Assembly: GCA_907165135.1 (NCBI GenBank) | Contig: OU015568.1 | Location: 16,689,208 to 16,753,207 of the forward strand | Length of the DNA stretch: 64,000 nucleotides | Reading direction: 5' to 3' | Source of the DNA: Oikopleura dioica | Taxonomy: Eukaryota; Animalia; Chordata | Shown here: positions 1 to 11,715 of the stretch, in pieces | Layout of the letters: each line of letters starts with the position of its first letter | Numbering within the stretch: position 1 is the stretch's first letter | Translations under genes and position numbers: made by a program | Notes under the pieces: generated by a model | The model's database searches: none | Told to the model about the DNA's origin: nothing | The model's input: only the letters and a program-made list of their open reading frames with translations

Positions 1-513
1 CAAGCGAGTCGTTTTCTTGAAGCAGCTCGAGTCTGGACTTCTCCTCGTCACCGGACCTTACAAGGTACTCTTCCTTGATATCAATTTTAAGAACTTGAAG
101 CTGCAAGCGGCTTGTCGAGTTTTCTATCAAATGAAGATGGGTGTCAATTTCTAGAGTCAAATTTTCAATCCCTTTTAACCCGCTTTTCTTAGGTCAACGG
201 AGTCCCACTCCGACGAGCCATCGCTTCCCAGGTCATCGCAACCTCCGCCAAGGTCGATGTCTCCAACATCGCCGTCCCCGAGCACGTCAACGACGCCTAC
301 TTCAAGCGAACCAAGGCCGCCAAGAAGACCGAGGAGGGCATCTTCGAGAAGACACAGGAGAAGTACTCCGCCTCCGAGCAGCGAAAGGCTGACCAGAAGA
401 GCATCGATGCCGCTCTCCTCGCCCCCATCGCCGCCACTCCCTACCTCAAGGGATACCTCCAGGCGCAGTTCGGCCTTTCCCGCGGACAATACCCCCACAA
501 CTTGAAGTTCTAA
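1..513 (+). CDS. RPL6: 60S ribosomal protein L6 (eL6), 3' part; intron 65-192
   Basis: Spliced translation KRVVFLKQLESGLLLVTGPYK|VNGVPLRR...YLKGYLQAQFGLSRGQYPHNLKF* matches the eL6 C-terminal half. GT-AG intron; AATAAA at 541. Confidence 0.95.
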
Positions 514-1174
514 GTGTCTCCCTGTGTTTCCTTTTGAATGAATAAAGTTGTGAAAAAAATCTCATGGTTGAAGAAAAAAACATCTGTTTTGGCAAGGCAA
601 AATTTATCGAATAAATAAGTCAGGGTTTTGAAAGATCTAGAATATTTAGCTGCGTAGCGGCTTTTAAAAAGTAGAGCTGCGAAAAAGTAAAGGATATAAA
701 TATTGGTTGTCAAGTTTGTTTTGTCAAAGCCGCTACTGGGCTATTTCTTCAGGTCTTTCAGGATCCCGACTCAAGTTTCTGAGCCTAGAATTCAATGACT
801 TGAAATCCACTTGATCGCTACAAGAATTGTTCACCGCCCGCCTAAGGGCAGTCAACTCTTATTATTACCAGGCTTGGTTGCCTTTGGTCGCATTATTAAA
901 AAAATGAAAAGCGGGCAGCGAGATTTATTATTCCAAAAAGAGCCGTTTTCGAAGCTTTGTTGGAGTTGTTTTTACGAGAAACGTCAGATGCGTTGATTTG
1001 AAAAGAAAGCTGGAAAATAATGAGCGCTAGTTTTGGTTTTTGGCCTGGCCGTGAGGCGATATTCGACGGCGAAAATATCAAACCGTCGGCGGAATATCAA
1101 TATGCAAGCGCGTTGCGAGAGACTGATAAAAACGATATTTAATTTAGAGAAAGGAATCGGTTGCGTGATCGAAA

Positions 1175-2893
1175 ATGGCGGACCATAAGAAGGTAGATAT
1201 CGAAAGCGTTGATAAAAAAACGGAGGTAACGTCGGGTATATTCACTTTCTCTAGAATATACAGTAGAGCAATCTTTATCGGTCATTTTTCAAGCAGTTTT
1301 GCCAGCTTCAAATTTAGTCAAAGCAGGTTTCAGTAATCAGGAAAGGCGGGCAGATTCTGATTCAACTGGAAAATTGAACTGAAGAAAAATGACAGTTGGA
1401 AAAGAAAAGAGTGTCTAAAATAGATCCTGGAGTCAATTTTAGTTTGCTTCGTTCTTTCTTTAACTCTTCAATTAGAAATGTAAATACGCTGTCACTGTAT
1501 TAGTCATTTATCAAACTCACTGAAAATCGAAATTTTAAAAGAGAAAAAACACTAACAAAAGAGTAGCATTAAACCTAACCCTAAAGAATATTTTTTCGCA
1601 GCCAAGTGAGGAAGACAAAATGGCCAATATTCAAATGTACTCAAATCAAAAGCAGCCTTTACTCAATATTGCAGATCCGCATGTGATTAGACCAAGTAAC
1701 GTAATACCCTACTTCTTTCATTTTTTCAACGCTAACGTCTTTTTTCCAATTAGCCAACTGTGGCCGGCTTGAACATGAAATACGTCTCGTTGATTCTTCT
1801 CGTCGTGCAAAATGCTTCCCTGGCGTTGACGATGCGCGCTGCTAGAACTCAGACTGGGGATATGTTCTTGTCTACTTCTGCTGTCTGCATGGCCGAAATT
1901 ACAAAAGGTAAAAAGAAGAGGGTTTGGAGTATTTTTAATACCATTTTCCAGTGCTCGTTTGTCTGATCATCATCCTCCACTCGTTCGGCTGGAACATCCG
2001 AAACTGGACCGGCCACATCAAAGAAGAAATCTTCGACAAACCGATGGAAACCCTCAAAGTCGCCGTCCCCGCCTTCATCTACACCGTCCAAAACAACCTC
2101 CTGTATGTTTCAATTTCCAACCTCCCCGCCGCCGTCTTCCAGGTGCTTCGCGCAAATTCGCGCTGTCGTCAACTGTCAATTTTATTCAGGTCTCTTATCA
2201 ACTCAAAATTCTCACCACCGCCATGTTCTCGATTACCATGCTTGGCCGAAGTCTCATCAGAACTCAGTGGCTCTCGCTTTTGATCCTCTTTGCCGGAATC
2301 GCCATCGTCCAAGTTCAAAATATCGGTAGCTCGAACAGCACTGAAGGACAGGTGCAGTTAAAGTTGTCGTTTCAATAGTCTAACTCCCTCTTCCTCATTC
2401 TAGAGCCCCTTCATTGGATTCATGTCCGTCATTCTGGCGTGTACCTTCTCCGGTTTCGCAGGTGTCTACTTCGAAAAAGTGCTCAAAGGATCAAAAGCTT
2501 CCGTATGGCTCCGAAATGTTCAGCTTGGAATTTTCGGCTCCATCATCGCCTTCATCGCCGCTTATTTGAAGGACGGAGCTGAGATTCAGGAGAAAGGATT
2601 CTTCTTCGGATACAATAAGCTCGTCTGGTGTGTTGTTGCCAATCAGGTGCGTTTTTCAATCAAGAAAATTGTTTCCAAAAGCTGATTTTTAGGCTTGCGG
2701 AGGTCTTCTGGTCGCCATGGTTATCAAGTACGCCGACAACATCCTCAAGGGTTTCGCCACCTCCCTTTCGATCGTCCTTTCTTCGATCCTCTCCGTTTTC
2801 CTTTTCGATTACAGCATCACCCTCATGTTCACGTTCGGTGCCTCCCTCGTCATCGGTGCCGTCTACCTTTATTCTATCCCAGCCAAAAAGTAA
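1175..2893 (+). CDS. SLC35A: Golgi nucleotide-sugar transporter (UDP-Gal/UDP-GlcNAc, SLC35A2/A3 family), multi-exon
   Basis: Exons give [62 protein letters not shown] and [22 protein letters not shown]. Stop at 2891-2893. The 5' exon (MADHKKVD.., ATG 1175) is inferred. Confidence 0.9.
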
Positions 2894-3368
2894 AACTCAC
2901 TATCCCAGTTGACCAGTAGCTCAAGCTTCAGAACCTGTCACTATAAAACGCACAAATCCGAGACGAGTTAGCGTCTCGAAGCTTTTATTTTTCCCTGTTC
3001 AAAAGAAAAAAGTACCGCTAGTTCACAAAATGAAACATTGTGAGTTTTCAAAACTAAGACTTTTCAACTTTCAATTTTCAATTTTCTGTATAAGAGTCTT
3101 TCGAGCCAGTGTCGATTCAAGACAATCTGACGATCAAGATGCTGTTGTTTTATTTCTGTTATTTTTTCTTTTCACATATCAAATAATCAGAGTTATTCCC
3201 AAACGAACAAAATCATTCAAGAAAAAGCAACTCTTTCACAACTCCTTTTTCTGACGAATGTTAGTGCAATATTAATAATAATAAATATCGTATTTATATC
3301 AACCCTTGTCTTTACTCTTTCTTTTTCAGCAGTGTTGTTTCAATTGATTTCGCAGTAAAAAAGCAATC

Positions 3369-5353
3369 ATGTCATTCGGATCAGAAGCACTTTTCACAGC
3401 ATTTGACAATGAAGGCTGGAACTCCAGTAAGTCAGTTTTTTCCCAGAGCGCGTATTATCTCGATTTAGATAAAGCGCCAACGATCGAGGAGGCGTATAAG
3501 GAGCTGCCGCAGAAAACGAACAAGGACAAGCTATACGAGTTGGAGCTTGAAAACGAAAAATTGAAACGCATTGTCGGAATTCTTACGCCTTCAAAACCAA
3601 TTAAAGGTAAGACATTCCCCTGATGAGTTCCGAAGCTGATCACTCTTTCCTAGATCAAGACGACGGTCCACTTTGCCAAATCAATTTCTTCCACAACCAG
3701 CTTTCGCGTTACTACAAAAACGACCTGATAAAGCTCATCACGGATTTTCTCCTCGAAAAAGAAGCCTCCCGAAAAGACGATCTTGAAGCTTACCCCCGGC
3801 AAAAATCAGCAGTTTGCTTACCAAGCCGAGGGGAGGATTATGACGAGTTTGTGGTCATGCAGAGTGTGCACATCTTTCCTGATGGCCACATTTTGGACAG
3901 AATTGGCGAGCCTCTGGACAAGAACTCCAATCCCGAGTCCTCCAACTGGATAATTCCAAGCTACGAGACGTTGTACAAAGACATGCTCACTGAAAACATA
4001 GAAGACGACACTGCCAAGCTGGAGAAGCAGAAGAACAAGATTTTCAACGTCTGCTTCAACTGTGGCTCCGACCAGCACGGAATCGCCAACTGTCCCGAGG
4101 AAAAGAACCCCGAAGAAATCAACAAGCGAAAGCAAGAGTTTCAAAAGGCAGTTGGAAACACTCCTAAACGAGCGGGGACGAAAGCAAGACTCTTTGAAGT
4201 GGGAGCGGGTCATACGAACAACAAGAGATTTTCTTCCTTCAAGCCAGGGGTGATTTCCGATGAATTGAAGGAAGCAATGGATTTGAAAAAAGATCAGTTA
4301 CCGCCTTGGATCCCAGTCATGCGAGTAGAAGGTAGAATGACCCCTTCCTAATGCGTTTTTTCACCGAAATTTAAGGTTACCCGCCAGGATGGCTCGCAGT
4401 AGCAGAGGTTCGAAAAGCAACAGTGAGCGTAAACGAAGAAGGGCAAATCAACGAGCTGAACCCGCAACTTGGCGATGGCGATGAATCATCAGATTCGGAG
4501 GACGAAAGCAAGAAAACAGAACTCGTCGGTCTTGACGTGTCGAAGATCATTGAATACCCGGGCTTCAATATGCCAAGTGAGCTCTTCCCTTTCCGCTTTT
4601 TCTTAACGAAAATTCAGTGCCAAAGGGAGTCAAGGATCCGTCAAAGCCAAAGTGGAACAAAACCCAGTCAAAGAAAAACTTCATCGACTATTATTTGCAA
4701 GCAAACAGATGCGAAAGAATTCAACGAAAACGAGCTGCGTCGGATGATTCCAATAGTTCCAATCCTTCCAAAGTTGTGAGTTCATCTTCTCTTATACCCT
4801 TTCCTCAAATGTTTTAGCCGAAACTGGAGCTGGAAGAAGAGGAAGAATTCGAAGATGTAGATGAGCTGTTCCAACCTGGATGGGTCAAAAAGGAAGAGCC
4901 AGAAGAGGAAGAAGAAGGAGTCACTGAAAAAGGGCTGCCAAGAAGAAATAAGTGGCAAACTGGCGTTGTTGCATTCGCCCACGATGCTTACCAAGTTGAG
5001 CCGACCAAGGAAAGAATTTCAAAACCGAAAGAGAAACAGCTCTTTTCAGTGAATTTTGAAGAGTTGCTCGATGGGTCTTTCTTTTTGAAATTCTTTGTGA
5101 GACTGGCGCGTACAAGAAGCTAAAGAAAACGCTAAAGAAGACACCAAGAAAAGATGCATCAAAGAAAGAACCCGTCAAAAAAGAACCGGTAGAGATTGTT
5201 GATGAATCGATGGTGATATCCGACGATGAAGGAGAAGTAGTAGAAGTTAGGGAAAGTGATGAAGAACAGGAGAAGAAAGAAGAAAGTGGCGATGAATTCG
5301 ACACGACAGCTGAAATGGAAGAAGACGGCGAAGACGGAGAAGTTCAGGACTAA
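3369..5353 (+). CDS. ZCCHC8: Zinc-knuckle/PSP-domain protein, NEXT complex subunit ZCCHC8-like
   Basis: CFNCGSDQHGIANCP zinc knuckle followed by a PSP domain (FKPGVISDELKEAM..LPPWI..MRVEG|YPPGWL) and an acidic C-terminus. Canonical short introns. Confidence 0.85.
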
Positions 5354-5543
5354 ATCTCATTATGATAATTGCTGGATACATGTAAAAAGATCTGGATTGA
5401 AAGCAGAATAAATTATCTTTCTTTCGTATTGTTTTATTTCGGAGCGATTCTAGCTCCGCCCACCCAACCGACTCAAAAGAAAATCTGACGCTTATTTTTT
5501 CGTTTTAGAATTTGATAATTGAAATCGATAGAAATTAGTGAAA

Positions 5544-5806
5544 ATGGTGGCAATTTTCAATTTCGAGGTAAAAACCGAAAAGGGTTGGCATTTATTTATT
5601 GAATTTTTTAGAGTATGGTTACTCTTATTTTGCTGTCAATCTGCACCTGCGCTTACATCCGCTCTTTTTTCCCCAGCCTTTTGGACAAGCATAAAACTGG
5701 CTTCCTCGGCATCTTCTGGAAATTCGCCCGAGTCGGCGAACGACTATCTCCTTATGTTTCCCTAGCCTGCATTATCCTCGGTCTCAAGATCATGTTTTTC
5801 TCGTAA
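5544..5806 (+). CDS. TMEM167: Protein kish (TMEM167); intron 5568-5611
   Basis: MVAIFNFE|SMVTLILLSICTCAYIRS...GIFWKFARVGERLSPYV matches the kish family signature. Confidence 0.92.
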
Positions 5807-6084
5807 AAACTGCAACGCAAATTCCTTCAGTTCGACATTTTTGGCCATTCTACATTTCCAGATTTAGAAATCACTGAAAACTCGAGTTAACCTTTGACAT
5901 GTACTGCGTCAACCCCTCTGTACTTACTGTAGTTCTAATATCTATTTCGACAGTTGACGACCTTTGCTACTTACACTTACAGTCACGTGTCGAATTCGGC
6001 AAGTGGGGATATATTTATCCTTGCCTGAGTGCAATAACAAACTTTTAGCTATAAAAAGTTTAACAGCCTCCTTTTTTTGAAGAG

Positions 6085-8199
6085 ATGGACGAAGTCTGCC
6101 CCAGCCTTTTTGACGATATTCTCGAAGGAATACCAGAAGATAAAGGTGCTAACGATCCTGTGGGCGATGAGGGAATTTCTCTGGGAGAAGAGGAAAATGG
6201 CAAAAAACAGCATAGAAGTGCTTCTGTCGTTCATTTTGCTATGATGGAAAATACAAGAAAAATTCAAGGTGAATGATTAAAACAGGCATTTTCGGAGCTG
6301 ACTTTTTTCTAGGAAGTAATATCGGTACGTGGTAAGATTAATTAGAAAAGCAGTAAAACAAGTAGACCGAAATTGGCATCTACTCTTTTTGATCAGCTGA
6401 TTCTTTTTTACGGATGATTACGTACTTTTCGATTCTTTTCATTTATCGAATTCCCCTACTTAATTATCTTTAGATTCTAAAAAGCGCAATGCCAAACTCT
6501 GGAAACTAGCCGCTGATCGAGGCTTGGATGAATCGCTGAAAACCGACTGGTCAAAGATCGTCGGAGATGAACCAGTTGAAGTTGCCAAACGACTTCGATT
6601 CGATGGGCGAAAATGGTCGGAAGATAAAATCAAACTTCGAATACAAAAAAGTCCTTTTGCAAATGGTACTCGAATTTACCCAAAAAATGAGAGATGATCG
6701 TTTTTAGGTGCGATGCGAGAATGCTACAGAGCTCAAAAGCTCGGGAACTTTTCTCTGAAAGCCGACTGGAAGTATGCCTCAAATGTTGTTTTGAAAAAAT
6801 ACATCGAGGAGGTCGAGAAATCCGTTCTTTTCGAAGACATCACGCTTCAAATGGAAGCCAAGCTCTGGGCGAACGAGTACAATCGTCGAAACCCGCCAAA
6901 GAAAATCGACGTCATGCAGATTTGCATCGTCCAGCTCATCGGTAACTCCTTCTTTTTTTCACCTTGACTGATGATATCTAAAGATCGGGATGATGCTCCC
7001 TTCTTTCAAATGGAAAATTTCATCGACGGAAAATACGTGAAATACAACTCGAACTCTGGCTTCATCGGAAATGATCGAATGACGCCACAAACATTTTCGC
7101 ACTTTTCATTCGAAGTCTCCAACAGGTAGATTAGCGGCTTACTCTGAACTTGCTAATGAGCGCAATTTGAAGAGAGAAGATGATTATCGACATCCAGGGC
7201 GTAAATGACCTTTGGACCGATCCACAAATCCACTCCGCGAATGGCCTCGACTACGGAGACGGAAATCTCGGTGTTCGAGGAATGGCGCTCTTTCTCCTCT
7301 CGCATACTTGCTCTTCCCTTTGCGATTTCTTCAATTTGCCCAAGTTCGAAAAACACGAGTCCGAAGAAGCAGGCTCCCAGCTTCACCAAGCTGTAAAATC
7401 CACTCTCGCTTCATTGACAAAAGTCGAAACTCAGAAGCGAAAAAGGTTCGAAAGCAGAACTTCTTCAAGACACGATTCTGGGCTAGAATCACTCTCGGAA
7501 GAGCCTATCGATCCTCGAATTCGTCATATCTCAGCTTGCTCTCAAATTTCGGATGATTCTGGTGCCTGCGGCTCGCTCTCGTTGAAAACTATCGAAGAAG
7601 AAGTGATTTCGCTATCACCAAAAGTTTCCAAAGAAGAAATTCTAGTTGAAATCCACTACGCCATCTGCCAGCTTTATTGTCAAGAAAGAATTGAATTTTC
7701 AAACGAAGCGTCTATTTTCCACCTGATAATCGCGGCCGATGCTGGTCATTTAGAAGCATTGACGATTTATGCGAAGAAATTGCTCGGAATCCAAACGGAT
7801 ATTCTTGAAGAAATCGTGGTCGAGCCCGATCGAAATGAAGGATTCAAATATCTTGAAAAAGCTTCTGCTCTGGGCGATTCTTACTCGACTTTTCTTATCG
7901 CAAATGCTTATCGAACTGGCGATGGTCTTCCCGAAGGAGTGGAAAAGAACTGGGAAAAGGCTTGCACACTCTTGACTCAACTGATCGATTCGAGGACTGA
8001 AATAGGTGTTGCTGTTTACAAACTCATGGAAGAAAAAGCATCCATGCTCCAAGAAGGGGGCCACGGACTCGAGGCCAATCCCACCGAAGCCGCAGAGACG
8101 TTCGAATGGGCGGCGGAAGAAGCCACCTGCGCGATGAAAGGAAAACAGGCGGCGAAATACTTCGAAATGGCGGAAATTGCCTGGAGCCTCGTTGAATAA
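6085..8199 (+). CDS. EEF2K: Eukaryotic elongation factor 2 kinase (alpha-kinase plus C-terminal SEL1-like repeats)
   Basis: PFANG|AMRECYR, FEDITLQMEAKLWANEYNRRNPPKKIDVMQ, YVKYNSNSGF, MIIDIQGVNDLWTDPQIH, DGNLGVRGMALF..H.C..C, then a helical SEL1-like tail. Confidence 0.93.
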
Positions 8200-8396
8200 T
8201 TATCCGTTTTTTCTTATCACAAATTCTTCTTTATCAATTTTCAACTTTACATGCCTTGCTGACAATTTTTCTATTCCCTGCACTTGTTCAAAAACTGCAC
8301 AACTTCAAAAAGTACTTCTTGCGATGCCACGAATAAAAGCTTATTTATTCTATTCAAAAAACCGTCCTTCATATTTTTCTCGCTTAGAACTACTGT

Positions 8397-8777
8397 ATGT
8401 CGCAGTATTTAAAATACGCGGCAGGCACAGTAGCCGCTGCTGGCGGGGCATTCGCAGTCGGTCGCCTTGCTCTTGGAGATCCAGCAAAATCGGTTAAGCC
8501 CAGTCGAGTCTGTGTTCGCTTGGACTTCTGCTCCTCCTGATCCTACCTCCCCAAAGCTCAATCAGTCGTCTGGGCGATTCAAGAAGAATTCGACGATCAA
8601 ACTGACAAGATCTATTTCAAAACAAACCCAGCGTCTGGAAAAACGGGAGAGTTCGAAGTCTTCGTAAATGAAGAGCTCGTGCACTCGAAACTCAAAGGCG
8701 ACGGACTAGTTGATTCCAGGCAGAAATTTCAGAAGATCGCGAAGGCTATTGAATCCAGCATTGCCGATTTGAGCTAA
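8397..8777 (+). CDS. SELENOW: Selenoprotein W-like (Rdx family), 126 aa, in-frame TGA at 8538-8540 read as selenocysteine; ~35-aa N-terminal extension
   Basis: Single frame from ATG 8397: MSQYLKYAAGTVAAAGGAFAVGRLAL...VRLDFCSSUSYLPKAQ...GEFEVFVNEELVHSKLKGDGLVDSRQKFQKI...*. CxxU motif, SelW-type C-terminus and a downstream SECIS. Confidence 0.9.
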
Positions 8778-8818
8778 AAACTGTTAATTTATTTATTCAC
8801 TGACCGATAGTTTGTTGA

Positions 8819-8891
8819 TTTTTCGAGCTTATGAAGCAAAAAGCTAAACCAGTTTTTCTGGCGCTCTTTGTGGAGCCCCCTTTCTCGAAAA
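8819..8891 (+). promoter_or_regulatory. SECIS element (type II) in the 3' UTR of the SelW-like gene
   Basis: Helix I is TTTTCGAG/CTCGAAAA. The core is ATGA (8831) facing GA (8873). Helix II is GCAAAAAGC/GCTCTTTGT. Unpaired AAA at 8846-8848, apical mini-stem CCAG-TTTTT-CTGG, AATAAA at 8909. Confidence 0.88.
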
Positions 8892-8960
8892 TGAAACTGA
8901 ACTCAAACAATAAAAACTCGACGGATAGACAATTTACTCCTTTTTCATTTTGTAGAAAAC

Positions 8961-9359
8961 ATGGTTTGCGTTCCGTGCATTATCATCCCCGCCCTGATCT
9001 GGCTCTACAAAAACTACCTGGCAAAATATCTCGATCCAGTTCTCGCGCCAGTGCTTGGCCCGATTTTGAAGCCAATTTACGCAGCGATCGAGCCTTATGT
9101 CGGGAAATACATCAATCCTCCTCCAGCCGGAAGTTCGGGCGGGACTTGCCCAGTCTCTGGAAAATCTTCGTCTGGTTAGTTCGAAAAATGACAAAATTCA
9201 ATTGAAATCAAGGAAGAGAACTCTTCAAATTTCTTCTTCTTCCGTGATACGGAAAAAATAAAACTTTATTCAGATTCTGACGCCAAATGTCCTGGCGAAT
9301 CTACTTCTAGCGCTGCGTCTCCATCATCTCCAAGAAGAAGAACCAAAAAAGCAGAATAA
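8961..9359 (+). CDS. C18orf32: UPF0729 / C18orf32-like small membrane protein; probable intron ~9175-9273
   Basis: MVCVPCIIIPALIWLYKNYL..YLDP matches the MVCIPCIVIP family start. The second exon (...RRRTKKAE*) is inferred. Confidence 0.8.
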
Positions 9360-9687
9360 ATCCATTTTCAAAATTTTCAACTTGTAGTTTCTCCTCTAAC
9401 CAGTAGTTCTCCGCTCCGTTCTAATTTCTACTTTGTCTCTTGATTCAAAGAACCGACGATGATTCAACTAATTTCTGTCGTTCGCGCAAATAAACACATG
9501 TTTATCCAATTTCCTGGCAGAAAAGAAACCCGATGTTCTTTATCTCCACAAGTCTTGTTTTTCTCCATTTATCGCAGAAAAAGCAGCTGCAGCAGGGCAA
9601 TAAAATCATCGCAAACTCGAGCATTTGCATCAATCATTTTCACGAGATAATTTTATACACATAAAAAAGATATTTCGCCTGAAAAAG

Positions 9688-10741
9688 ATGAAAACCTTTA
9701 GCCTTTTCGCATCAATTCTCAAAGTCGCCCTCGCTCAGGATAAATTTGCAACAGATCTGGAAAACCTCAACTCAATGGCAAACCAGCTTTCCCTCGTCAA
9801 AGGCAGTCAAGTCTCCCAAGACATCGATGTCAGCGCAGACACGCTCTTCAACACCGCAATCGGAATGTACTCCGCAATCGACAGCGGCTCCGCTCCAGTC
9901 AGCAAGGCCGACGTCTCAGCTGCTCTTTTCGCTGGCAAGACTGTCCTCCAAGCCGCGTTCTTCGAGCTCTACGGCGGCAGCATCAGTGAAGTCAACGACA
10001 ATGACTCCCTCTCCGCCCGTGGCAAAAAGAACAAAGTCAAAGGAGAGGAGAAATTCATCAACTACGGCTGCTACTGCTCGCCCAGCCAAATCGGTCAACC
10101 AGACTCGAACTGGCTCGGTGTTGGAATCCCAGTTGACGGAATTGATCATCTCTGCCATGATCTTCACAAAAGGTACAGTTTGGAATTTCATATTTCGAGA
10201 AAATTATCATCAAATTTTAGCTACAACTGTTTGAAAGTTGACCACGGCAAAGAATGCGCTTCCACAACACCTTACAACTGGGAATTGCAAGACGATGTTC
10301 CTGTTTGTGGTATGTTCCTTTTTCCATCAACATTCAGCTAAATTCTCTTTCAGTCGACGAAGAAGGCACCTGCGCCGGTGATGTCTGCAGACTGGATATG
10401 CTATTCGCTCGAAGCTTGCTTTCCGTAAGTTGAAGCAAGATTCTCCCAAAGACTCAACAAAAATTAAGGCGGCAGATCAATGGAGTGCCAAATTTCACAT
10501 CCTAAACGGCTTCGACCGCGAAGCCGAGTGCGGCAACCCCGCCAACGAACCCGATCTCCCACCGGTCGCCAATCTCGCCACTGACTCCGGTAAATCATCA
10601 TCGAGCGTTGGCGGATCGAGCTCCGGAAATTCATCCTCCGGCCCACAGTGTTGCGGCTTTGGACTAAACCGACACATCTTCCACGCCGCCACGCACCAGT
10701 GCTGCGAAGACGGGACAAGCAAACTCGTCGGAGAATGCTAA
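9688..10741 (+). CDS. Secreted phospholipase A2-like protein, probably catalytically inactive, with a C-terminal CCG..CC module
   Basis: Signal peptide MKTFSLFASILKVALA; NYGCYC; PVDGIDHLCHDLHK|SYNC; C-terminal PQCCGFGLNRHIFHAATHQCCEDG..GEC*. Confidence 0.75.
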
Positions 10742-10989
10742 AACTAGCCGCCGGATTTGAAAACCAAAATCTGTTGTAAATTTTGTCACATTTGAATACC
10801 GGACAGTCGCCAAATTTCACTGGTCTGTTCATGCTTGTTAAAATAAATTTTTTATATAAATAGTCAATTGTGAGTCATAATTTATGACGATGTTTATCAA
10901 GTTTTATACGCAGGAAGTACTTAAAAATCAATTCTGAATCGAACTACAATTCTCAGCTCCGCCTCAATATGGAGCAAAGGTAAAAATAA

Positions 10990-11600
10990 AAATTCCGATA
11001 TTTTAAAAGTTTCTCTCCGAAGGCGGCAGAGGATTCAAAACTGTCGCGCAACAAATTGATCGTGTAACCGGGGAAGAGAGGAATCATCAAGAAATCGAAA
11101 GTGAGGCGGATGGAAGGCGACAATCTATCAAATACAAAAGAGAAGCTGGTTTTGGTGATTTTGCAAGATTTAACGTCTCTTTGCTGTGAATAAAGCTAAT
11201 TCAACGTCAAATTTTTGATTTTTGATGATTTGTAAATGACGTCCAAAGCCGTTCGTGACAATTTTCTTTCGAAAACCCTCTCCTTGATAGCCTCCTTGAA
11301 GCCGCGCAAACCATCGTCAGCTCTCTCATTGGCTCGGACTTTCCAGATTCTGTTCTTCAGAATCTAGAGATTCTTCTAAACAGCCAAGCAAGCGTTCAAG
11401 AAATTTTCTAGACTTCCCCGTCACTGATTTGCGCGGGATAGAGGGAATGGGGCCAAGGGCTTTCTCCCCAAAGAGTTAAACTTCATGGTAGTTCAACATT
11501 TGCTGAGCGCATAAATACTCACCAGCTTTTTTCACATCTGCGCTCACGTTACTTTCTCTCGCGGTTTTTTTTTCTGAGATCTGTGGAATGGAAATGTGAT
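10990..11600 (-). CDS. Possible small multi-exon gene of unknown function
   Basis: Open minus-strand segments (..RIWKVRANERADDGLRGFKEAIKERVFERK.. and ..KTSFSFVFDRLSPSIRLTFDFLMIPLFPGY..) separated by GT-AG-like gaps. Start and end are unresolved. Confidence 0.3.
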
Positions 11601-11715
11601 AAGCTGCTGCAGGCCACAGAGTTATTTTAGTAATGAGCTTTCTATTTTGCTCTCGGGCGCCATCTGAGCGTCTACGAAAAGGTAAAAATTTTAGTAACTG
11701 AAAAAAGAGAGAAAA

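Noticed and set aside
65-192. snoRNA in the longer-than-usual RPL6 intron
   Set aside because: No RTGATGA/CTGA pair and no terminal ACA box with a two-hairpin layout could be found.
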